This document shows positions 11,801 to 21,129 of a stretch of 64,000 bases of DNA, piece after piece. Source of the stretch: Azolla caroliniana (taxonomy: Eukaryota > Plantae > Polypodiophyta); contig JBHGNT010000009.1 of the NCBI GenBank assembly GCA_043228905.1, positions 2,728,001 to 2,792,000 of the forward strand, in the 5' to 3' direction. Numbering within the stretch: position 1 is the first letter of the stretch; each line of letters begins with the position of its first letter. Position numbers and translations under genes: made by a program. The notes beneath the pieces are model-generated. The model had not been told where the DNA came from and did not search any database. It worked only from the letters and a program-made list of their open reading frames with translations.

Positions 11801-14455
11801 CTTGTAAAACGATATCCAAGATCAACAACTCAAAAGCTCAGTTATATGGGAGTTCAAGATGAAAGATGGGTGGTACACAGAAAATTATGGGAATGAATTT
11901 TCAAATCAATAGAAAAGCTAGCACGATTTTCTGGTAGCATATTTCAAACTTTCAATGATGTTATCACCACAAACTGAGGATGAAGTCGAGAAAATATCCC
12001 GTGTTCCCAATGCTAGTTATGTTGGAGCTTCATGCATACCACATTGTGCACTAGACTCGATATTGCACACATTGTGAGTGTGGTACTTTATTTGTAAGAT
12101 TCAAATACTATAAGCTCTTTATAACCTGTGTATTGTTTGATATAAGCCAATCCCTTTTTTGAGGGCAGATCAAGACTTTACCATACCTGAATTTCAACAA
12201 GATCTTGAAAATGCCAGGATACTTTTTGTGAGATCAATAAATTATCATCAATAAACTGTATGTTGAGAATCAAGCTCAACTTGTGTGAACATGTACTTAT
12301 GAAGAAAAGGACGATGTGTGAAAAAGTGTGTGAGCACATTTTACAGTAATCCGTGTAGTTGTCGAGTGTTAATGTGATCAAAGAATATTAGATATTCTAA
12401 TGACAAAATCATACTCAAGTTGATATCTTGGTTAGATTCCACCAACACATTTAATATGGCAGTCCCTTGAGGACTTATATATAAAACCCCCTTTGCCCAT
12501 TCTGTTTTTGTTAATGATCTTTCGTTAATTAATATAGCTCTCTTCAGTGCATAAGCTGTCATCCCCCTACTGTGTATTTTCTTATTTTCTGGTTATTCTC
12601 TCTGATTCCTTCTCTTGCTTATACACCCACTCTCTCTCACACACAATACACTTCTGAATACTCAACTCTACTAGAGTTAGATTCTTTACACTGTATTTTA
12701 TTATCGTTTGCCAAACCTCCTGAATGCCATTCTCCTTGTTCTGAAACAATATTTTCAGTAGGTTCAAAATCATCAACGGAAAAGTTATCAAATTATTTTC
12801 ATATGAAATCCATTGCCAAGCTGTGAAATGGATTATGTACTTGACGGATATAATTGATGTCAGCTTGTTTATGGGAAACAGAAAAACATGGTACAATTGT
12901 TGTAAGATATGTGGATTCAGATTATGCTGCAGGTTTAGACAAGAGAAGGTTGGTATGCTATGTCTTCAGTCTCTTTGAATGTACTATTAGTTGGAACGCA
13001 ATATTTCAATCAATTTCTGCTTTGTCAAACACTAAAGTAGAATACATTGTAGCTACAAAAACAGTGAAAGAAGTTGTTTGGCTTTGAGGTTTGGTTGGCA
13101 TGTTGGAAATATTGTTGGATAAGAAACTAGTTTATTGCAATAGTCAGAGTGCCATGCATTCAACCAGAAATCAAATGTACCCCAAATGGACCAAACAGAT
13201 TGATGTCCAATTGCAGTTCACAGAGATATAGAAACGAGATATAGTAACACAAGGTTCTATTACAGTTCTCACACTACAAATAATCCAACAGACATGTTGA
13301 CCAAGCCAATTCCAACAGACAAGTTCAGGCATTGTCTAAACTTGATTAATGTATCCAGCATATGAAACTTCCAAGGGGGAAAGTTGTAGATTAAAAACTA
13401 TGACAACATTTTGGCCAAGCTGGAGATTTGTGGTGTATGACCCAAATATTGGGCCTGATGTCTAGCACTCAGGAAGAGTCTATTTTTTTGTCTTCAGTGG
13501 ATTGGTCATGTTAGTGACAAAGGATCATACCAAAGGTCATTTCCACTGACCTATAAATCTCCATACTTCCCGCCCATTTCCAAGAAAGAAAATATCCAAT
13601 AATTAAAGTTTCTGAATATTTCTTTAATTTCTAATGCGTGGGTGAGAGAGAAGGTTCTTTGTCTCTAGAGGGATCTTTCATCAGAACACTCTAGGGGTGA
13701 TTATTAGGGTTTTTAGTTGTGTGTAGTATTTGGTGAGTCTGAATTGTATCATAGAGGAGGATTTGATGACAGAAGTTTCAAGCTGCTCTCTAAGTATGGA
13801 TGTAGGGATATAGCTGAGCCACATTAAATCCTTGTGCCCCTTAAGTGAGCATTGTTTAGCATTATATCATACGCACTTTATTTTCTTCATATCGTTACCA
13901 CAATGCTCTTACACATGGCAATACAAAAAATCCCATCTTTATGCTTTATATGTCAACTATAAATATATATAGGAGACACGCTGCGATACAGCATATCTCA
14001 TCTTGTTTCTTTTATATGTCGACTGCTACATATGTATGGTATGATACAAAAAGAAATATAACATAATTAATCTTCCGTAGTTTATCTGTGGACTGTAATA
14101 TCTGTATGATACACACAGCAATGCATACATTTCTTCCTTTTATATGTCGATTGTATGGTATGATACTTGTAGAAATACAGCATATACCATCTGCCTTCTT
14201 TTGTATGTGATTTTTGTAATATGTATATGATACACATAGTAGATTGCACTAGTGTGTACAAGTTGTCACTGTTTCTTGATTGACCTACCGGGAGTGTATT
14301 TCTTTATTTCTGTCTTTCTATCTTTTCCTTTGAATCAGAAGAGAACCTCATTGTCATGAATAACCGAAATAAAGCAACTTACCGATTAAGATGGCAGGAG
14401 CTTGAAGAGAACCAAACGTCCTGCAGGGAATCACGGCCATATCTCTGGTATCCAT
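5814..14455 (-). CDS. Aldo-keto reductase (NAD(P)-linked oxidoreductase, At2g27680-like family), about 335 aa; exons 14383-14455, 9452-9562, 8425-8526, 8232-8322, 7753-7906, 6985-7070, 6577-6709, 5814-6071
   Basis: Eight exons joined at GT-AG sites total 1008 nt in one frame: MDTRDMAVIPCRTFGSLQAPAILIGLWQVAGGHG..FDMADIYGPAE..LTKF..LDMVQFHWWDY..LTNFDT..SNQVAYSIID..YGTLLGGLLSEKF..PGDCGDEYR*. AKR catalytic Asp, Tyr, Lys and His motifs are present. Confidence 0.92.
8800..9330. repeat. Tandem duplication (about 270 bp x2) in AKR intron 2
   Basis: ATAGAATGCATCAAC...TTACATCTTACAATCAACTAA...GGCAGCCTTTGGTACTA occurs near 8825 and again near 9093. Confidence 0.85.
9740..10240. repeat. Degenerate minisatellite array (about 60-bp unit), left part
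   Basis: Repeated ATACAACATATCTCATCTTTCTT...TATGATAC units; the same array resumes at 13905-14240. Confidence 0.75.
10290..10620 (-). mobile_element. Ty1/copia RT-RNaseH fragment, interrupted by a short retroposon tail
   Basis: Minus translation EYLDSDSIRDLDKRRSLT..FECT and TEAE..VKEG matches the copia motif GYVDSDYAGDLDKRRSLTGY..TEAEY..VKEAIW. Confidence 0.75.
10343..10430 (+). mobile_element. Short retroposon 3'-end copy with (TCTT)n tail
   Basis: GGTCATTTTGGCCTCTTACAAGATGTTAATATATCTTTCTTTC; homologous reverse copies lie at about 10727-10830 and 50393-50470. Confidence 0.6.
10727..10830 (-). mobile_element. Short retroposon 3'-end copy with (TCTA/TCTT)n tail
   Basis: AGATATATTAATGTCTTTTAAGAGGCCAAAATGGCCTATAAGACCAAACAA, inverted relative to the copy at 10343-10430. 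Confidence 0.6.
11060..11200 (-). mobile_element. Inverted fragment of the copia LTR
   Basis: Reverse complement GGTCATGTTAGTGACCAAATG..AAAGGTCTCTTCCACTG..CCATTTCCAGGAAAGCAAATATCCATGAATTAAAGTTTC aligns with 13504-13612 of the + strand LTR. Confidence 0.7.
11480..13902 (+). mobile_element. Degenerate 5'-truncated Ty1/copia LTR retrotransposon (RT-RNaseH plus 3' LTR 13429-13902)
   Basis: Translations IKTIFLHGELEERIYMKPLEG, YVDSDYAAGLDKRR, STLSNTKVEY-like ..VKEVVWL and NPTDMLTKP. A purine-rich tract GGCCAAGCTGGAGATT precedes an LTR with TGTGGT...ACCACA termini. Many stops and frameshifts. Confidence 0.88.
12093..12770 (-). mobile_element. Second LTR element (3' LTR 12093-12561 plus PPT) nested in the copia RT
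   Basis: Minus strand reads AGTAGGGGGA (PPT-like) then TGACAG...CTTACA. It splits the copia RT between DIAHIVSVV (about 12085) and the HCQAVKWIM segment (about 12810). Confidence 0.6.
13905..14240. repeat. Degenerate minisatellite array (about 60-bp unit), right part
   Basis: Units such as GATACAGCATATCTCATCTTGTTTCTTTTATATGTCGACTG..GTATGGTATGATAC, the same family as 9740-10240. Confidence 0.75.
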
Positions 14456-14489
14456 TTAACAATCGTTGACCTTTTAACCCTCTGTCGGT

Positions 14490-14680
14490 ATTATGTATGT
14501 GTATGCGTATGCGTATGCGTATGCGTATGCGTATGCGTATGCGTATGCGTATGCGTATGCGTATGCGTATGCGTATGCGTATGCGTATGCGTATGCGTAT
14601 GTGTATGTGTATGCGTATGCGTATGCGTATGTGTATGGGTATGTTTAGGTGTATGTGGGTGTGGGTGTGGGTGTGGGTGC
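14490..14680. repeat. (TATGCG)n/(TATGTG)n microsatellite followed by (GGGTGT)n
   Basis: Directly visible; begins about 35-40 bp upstream of the AKR start codon. Confidence 0.95.
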
Positions 14681-14687
14681 GTGGCTC

Positions 14688-16671
14688 GTGTCTAACTGCT
14701 ACCCAATATTAAAGAGGGTAAGCGAGGGAATCGTGGGTAGGGATGGTACATGTCGCTCAACTGAGGGCGCGTGCGATTTGCCCTGCTCAGATAAGACACC
14801 CTACTCAAATCAGACGCCCGACAACACATGAAACCGTTGAAAAAATTCTAAGTGTAAAAAAAAAATTTGACAACAAAATGTTATACTATAACTCCACTAA
14901 AAAACATCACTCTACCAATTACACTTTGGTCTCTCCATATGCAGTAATCATATGAATCGGATTTGAGCATGTATTTCAATACAATATGATACCATCAATT
15001 TACCAATATGTCCATGAAACAAGAGGAAATCCATAAGTAACATGTATTTTAATACCATATGATAGAGACATTGGGTAAAACTCAGTGAACCATATGATTA
15101 GTATCTTCATTAGGTAAAACTTGGTCATCCATTCATATACACTACATGTCTTTATGATATACAAAATGTGCGAAGAGTATATTCATATACATATAGAATG
15201 TGCAAAAGATTGTATTCATATACATCATCGAAGAGTATACAAAATGAGGCCTTATACAATCCAAGGGATATACAAAATGTGGTCTCTACAAATTGGTTGA
15301 TTCATATACAAATTTGGCTGATTCATATAAATAATGAGGCAACTACAATACGTATGTGCCATATACAAAAATTGTCATCTCTATGAAATTGGAAATCCCA
15401 AAATCCTTCAAGCCCATTTCGCCATGTTTGTTCGAAGGAGTTGAAAGTCCTCGTGTGCAAACCACTTCTCTCTGCTCTTTAAAAAATGTGTGACTATAAG
15501 AACGCGCCCATTACTTATAAGAGTTCCATGCAATCCACATGTCCTATCCCATCCTCGTGTGGCTTTACCAAAAACCTTGTAGAATCAAAACAAGGGTTAG
15601 CACACAATCAGAACTGTTATACAACAAAAAGTATGAGGAAGTGACATAGCTCCATTCAGAGTGATATGCATCACCCTAGTCGACATCTTCCATTTCGAAG
15701 TGTTTGGACTTCGCATCCATCTTTGACAAGCAATATATAACGAAATATGTAAACCCTAAACCCATTTTAAGAAGCCATATTAACATTATTACAAAACTAT
15801 GTACATATCATGAAAACACAAAACCCTGAGACATATATAACAAAATACATGACCCTGATTCATTTTAACTTTGTCGTCCCATCTTGAAGATTCCAATAAC
15901 CCTAAACCCATATTAACAAACCATTACAAGATTTAAACAGCTTTAATAAATTTAAACAATCCATTTCAACATTTTAAACGAACCCTAACCCATTTCACCA
16001 TTCTAAAAACAGAAAACCCTGATTTGGAAAAAACATGTTTTAAAATAGAAAAAAAACGAACAAGCCTTGATAAAATACATACCTAAATGATTTTCTGGTG
16101 GTGTTACTAATCATAATGCAAGTGTGTGTGAAGTTGAACGTAATGTTGACAAATCTTTGAGTTGAAAATCCCTCCAAATAGCTTAATGTCCGATTTGAAA
16201 AATGATGAAAATTCGATTGATGCATGCTTTTATACCCTAAACCCTTCTAACTCAGGTGTCTGATAATTTTGGGCAGGGTGTCTGAGAATTAAGAGAGGGT
16301 GTGTGATTTTTTATTTTTTATTTTTTATTTTTTTATTTTTAAAGGAAGATGCACCTTAGTATATTACTTGAAAAGTCTACATAGGAAAAACAAAAGGAGA
16401 CAGTAGGGTGTGTGATTTGGACAAGGTGTCTGACAATTATGAGGAGGGTGTGTGATTAGGGCAAGGTGTCTGATGATTATGAGTAGGGTGATTGAGAATT
16501 ACGAGCAGGGTGTTTGAACACTGACAATTCGGGTGTTTGGATACAACTTTTTCACTTTCACGCTTTTTTTTATCCATATCGGATTGTGCAGATCACACGT
16601 GCTCTTAGCTAAGCAACCTAGATCGTCCTTGCCCACGATTCCCTCTTTAATATTTGGTAGCAGTTAGACAC
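14688..16671. mobile_element. Non-autonomous TIR/foldback DNA transposon, about 2 kb
   Basis: Left end GTGTCTAACTGCTACCCAATATTAAAGAGGG..GAATCGTGGG is the inverted match of right end CCCACGATTCCCTCTTTAATATTTGGTAGCAGTTAGACAC (about 90 bp imperfect TIR). Subterminal AGGGTGTSTGA repeats at 16250-16540 and internal AACCCTAAA motifs. No TSD identified. Confidence 0.8.
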
Positions 16672-16675
16672 ATCG

Positions 16676-16707
<32 letters not shown>

Positions 16708-16797
16708 GTCTTTATGGGAATGGGTTTGCAAGTGCATATGAGTATGTGTCAGTGTATGTGTATGACTTTATGGGAATGGGTACGCAACTGCATATGA

Positions 16798-16834
<37 letters not shown>

Positions 16835-18837
16835 TATGTATGTATATGAGCGTGCACGTGTGTGTACAATGGTCAATCAAAAGAAATCCCTTCTTTAGCT
16901 CATCTTTCAGTGGTCCCCTTACACTCTCGCTTTTTTTTTCTTCTGCTACTCGAACCAATTATCTACATTTCCATGCACATAAGTTTTGAAACTTCATTTG
17001 CAAGTGTAAACCCCCCAATGTTGGCCCCAATAAAAGGCAAAAATGCTAGAACATATCTGATCGCATCTCACTACCCCCATAAGCCTTGGCTCGTAGAGAA
17101 CCAAGAACCTTAACAACACTTCTTCGTACTCACTCGCACAAGCGGTGTTGAGGTAGCATCATGGCAAGATTGTCCCCATACAATACTTTTCTCATTGCAA
17201 GTTACACTATGAAAGGAACTTTGCCCAACACTGCTTCTCACTTGTCAATCCTCTGTTTGCAACGATTATCTATTTATTAATAATAATATCATATCACCCT
17301 ATTGATCAAATATGCTAACAATTTACATACCAATTCCTCACATACACAGTCTCTTAAAAAGTTTTAAGAGCCCTTTGATCACTATTCATCCACCAATTTG
17401 CAAAGACTTTTTTCACGCCTCTTGCATGAACACCTATATTACATCACATATGTCACTATTGAGTCTCCTTCATTGAATTTCATGATCATTGCCTTCATTG
17501 AATTACACGATCAATGATTTCCATTTGCACCTTTATTTTATTGATATGGGACTTTTGAAGCCTCTATAATTTAGTTATGTGATGCATCAATATAATGTCT
17601 ATTAGGAATCTTGTTACGAAACTTGCCAAAGAAATGGCATTCTTTTCGCTAACTTTGAATTTTGAAATAAATATTCTCATAAAAAGTCATGTAGTCTAAT
17701 CACACACACAAGAATCTATGACATTAATCCATAATAGATTCTTTAAAAAAGTTTTAAACCTTGTGGTTTGTTGGTTTAATCCATTTTTGCACCACACATA
17801 AGACACCCGCCCTACCTACACCAATGGTTGTTCATGCAAGTTGAGGATGCATCATAAAAATAAGGGTGTTTCCAATAATAGCAAGAGGACTAACCACATT
17901 TTACAACCAAGGTTCTATTCCAATGGCCCATAATAATAAAATTCAAGGTAGATTTATTCCATTATTCCTTGTACTAAAAAATGATAGCACGGGACATTAT
18001 TCAACAATCTTACTCTCACCCCATCGAGAAATGTAAAGGATCCTAACAATCTTGAGGAGATAACTTTAAAGATATTCCGCCTCATAACATTGAGGTTGTG
18101 GGTTCAAGCCTCACAAGGTGCTTTATTGGTACTAGGGTGATTATTCAATGAACTCATCATACTGATTTTCGGTCAAATAACGATAGCATTTTAATAATCA
18201 TGGCCCATATGTACACATAATTATCTACTCTAGTCCTCATAAAAATAGCTCGTGCATAAAAGTGAGAGAGTAACAAACCCATTCAAGTTGCATGCACCCC
18301 TCACAAACATCGTTGTACCAAGCATCAACACATCAGATTACACACAAGTTCATTTTGATTTCCAGCAATCAAATATATACAAGAGAATTTCTCACAAACA
18401 AAAGTATCATACAAGAGCATATGAGAGAAAAAATTCTCAATCAAGTATTACATATGCAATGGACATGAATTAGAGCTATAATATGAATACATTGTTGAAT
18501 AGAAATGTTGTTCGCATCAATGATCACCAAATGGCATGGAGACATATGCCCATCAATCCAATGCAAATAGCAAATAGCAAAGATGGTGATCGTTTGACTG
18601 TCACATCAATTCATTCCAAATATATGCACATCCCATAGCACTCCAAATGTATTGAAAATTGAGTTTCGCCTCTTGAAGACACCATAGACTCCCATGCTTT
18701 TCTTCATGGGAATGCATCCGGGTGTCATGATTTCCCCATGCTTATTATTGCGCTCCAAATGCTGTGTTAACTTAGGCCATTGTAGCACCCTCAATAGAAA
18801 AAATAAAAATACAGGTTCATAAGAACACCGTTCACAC

Positions 18838-19222
18838 TTACATGTCCATGGGAACACCACCTACACACAAATGCGCATGGCTACTCAACATACATGACCC
18901 AAGGTAATACTATCTACACATACAGTTCCATGGGAACATTATCTACACGGCGCACACGTCCACGGGAGCACCGCCTACACATACATAACAGCGACATCTA
19001 CCCACACATACATCATGGGGCATCATTTCAATGCATATGAACATGGGAAGACCATGCATCTACACATGCAATATCATGGTTACCTCTTCCACACATACAT
19101 TTCCATGGCAACACATGCCATATATACATGTCTACGGTAGCACCATCCATCCACACATACATACGTGTACATGGTGACAAGACCAGGACATACATGTCCA
19201 TGGTAACACCATTAAACACACT
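18838..19222. repeat. Degenerate tandem array (about 40-bp unit, roughly 9 copies)
   Basis: Repeated CATGTCCATGG(G/T)AACACCACCTACACACA-like units just downstream of the methyltransferase stop. Confidence 0.8.
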
Positions 19223-19296
19223 AGTCCATCAAGCATTCTGATTGATTCCTCTTCTTGCAAAAGCATGGTGGAGTCAAATCAATCATCATCACCACT

Positions 19297-20256
19297 TCAA
19301 TATCCTCGAAGAATCCAATGTTGCCCATCAGGCTCGACTCGAAGGCCTTTAAGCTTAGCAAACAAATCCACAGCTCTACCCACACCTCGATTATCAAGCT
19401 TCGTGAAATAATCATGACCAAACATAACACCGCCGGGTCGAAGAAGAGAGAAACCCAAGTTAATGTCCGCCCACGCCGAATGGAAATCGTGCGCGGCATC
19501 CACTTCGATTAGGTCGAAAGAGACGCCCCATTCGCATAGCGAAGACATAGCTGAAGTGGTCGAGAATGGCAAAGGTAAGATATTCTCAGTAAGATTCATG
19601 GTCTTCACATTTTGCATGAATTGGTAGAGAAGTTGGACATCGGCATTGATCTGATCGAATTTGAACTTATCTCGAAACCCAGGCCATCCTCGGAAATCGT
19701 CGACACATAGTATCAAAACCTCGTGATTTAGCATGGATTTAGAGGTGATTGCCATATGGATAGCAGAAGCACCTAGGTATGTCCCCAGTTCAAGTATGGT
19801 TTTGGGTTTTACTTCTTGGATTAGGCGAGAGAATACAGAGCCTGTAGATCCCCATCCTCTGATTCTCTTATCTTTTATATATGGTTTGGCTAATTCAGGA
19901 GGGAACGCCAAAAATGGTGACTTCCCATCGAATACCTTTCCCAGGATGAGTGATTTGATAGAATCAGCTGCTATTCCTTCACTGCAAACAGTCCTGAATC
20001 TCAGCAGATCTTTCAGGCTCCAATCTTGGGCAGATTCAGAAGGTTTTTCTACTGAAGAAGAAGAAGAAGAAGGTGAATGTGAATGTGAATGTGAAGAAGG
20101 AGAAGGGGAATGAAGGTAATTCTCTGTAGATGGTTCTGTAGGGCAAGTTAATAAGTTTGTCAGAGAAAGCAATGGGGAAGTTAGCATTCCTGCGAAAAAG
20201 GAAAGAATAGCTAGAATAAGAACAAGTCCATGGCCTCTGATCTTGAGCAGAGCCAT
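19297..20256 (-). CDS. Class I SAM-dependent methyltransferase (Methyltransf_24-like) with N-terminal signal anchor, 319 aa, intronless
   Basis: Motif I ILELGTYLGAS, CVDDFRGW, FDLIEVDAAH and LLRPGGVMFGHDY; hydrophobic N-terminal helix (LVLILAILSFFAGML) followed by a Ser/His/Pro-rich stem. Confidence 0.92.
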   Translation of the reverse strand: MALLKIRGHGLVLILAILSFFAGMLTSPLLSLTNLLTCPTEPSTENYLHSPSPSSHSHSHSPSSSSSSVEKPSESAQDWSLKDLLRFRTVCSEGIAADSIKSLILGKVFDGKSPFLAFPPELAKPYIKDKRIRGWGSTGSVFSRLIQEVKPKTILELGTYLGASAIHMAITSKSMLNHEVLILCVDDFRGWPGFRDKFKFDQINADVQLLYQFMQNVKTMNLTENILPLPFSTTSAMSSLCEWGVSFDLIEVDAAHDFHSAWADINLGFSLLRPGGVMFGHDYFTKLDNRGVGRAVDLFAKLKGLRVEPDGQHWILRGY

Positions 20257-20520
20257 GGATCTAGAGAGAGAGAGACGGAGAGAGAATGAGATATTTATTG
20301 CCCTGATCTAACTAAGTCTGGATCAAGAAAAGAAGAGAAGTATTTGGTCTTGTTTCAGTTTGTTTTAGAGAAGGGTATAAGGGTTTTGAGGTGTGTGTGA
20401 AGAAGTGGAAGGTGTGGCTATGGCGAACTTAGTAGATCTACACAGAAATCGAGTGATGTAAAGAGGGGCAGAGGAAGGGTGGGTGTGTGTGTGTGAGAGA
20501 GAGAGAGAGGGGAGAGGAGA

Positions 20521-21066
20521 GGGCGCGGTTCGGTTCGGTTCGGTTTCTTTGAAACCAAACCAAACCATTTATTTATTTTCCAAAAAAAAAACTCCTTCGA
20601 TACCAAACCATTTATTTATTTTCCAAAAAAAAAACTCCTTCGATACCAAACCATTTATTTATTTTCCAAAAAAAAAACTCCTTCGATTAGTTATAAAATT
20701 TTACAAATGAGACGATTATGTACAAATCCGTGAAGGGACAAAACTATTTATTTATATTAAAAACCAAACCAAACTGTTTAAATTTTATGAAGCCATTTAA
20801 ATTGAACCATAAACCAAACCGTTTATGACCAATTTAGAACCAAACCACATAAGCCGAAATCGCTAAACCGTGAAATTCAAAACCAAACCAAACCGAAACC
20901 GATAAACCAATAAGCCGCTAAACCATGAAATTGAAAACCGCACCGAACCAAAACCAAACTGGATCATAATATTTGAAACCAAACCAAACGGTTTATTTAT
21001 CTTTGAACCAATAAACCATTAAGTCATGGATTACGGTTCGGTTCGGTTTGAGCCGAAACCGTGCCC
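20521..21066. mobile_element. MITE with (AAACC)/(GGTTC)-rich subterminal repeats (hAT-like) upstream of the methyltransferase
   Basis: Ends GGGCGCGGTTCGGTTC and GAGCCGAAACCGTGCCC are inverted; many AAACCAAACC/AAACCG motifs; an internal 43-bp unit repeated about 3 times at 20562-20685. Confidence 0.7.
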
Positions 21067-21091
21067 ATTGCTATCTGTGAGAGGGGAGAGG

Positions 21092-21129
<38 letters not shown>

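Noticed and set aside
18060-18125. tRNA-Met-like 3' half with B-box GGTTCAAGCC
   Set aside because: No acceptor stem or D-arm can be formed; at most a SINE or tRNA relic, too weak to call.
18838-19222. CRISPR-like repeat-spacer appearance
   Set aside because: Units are degenerate along their whole length, there are no unique spacers or cas genes, and the context is eukaryotic.
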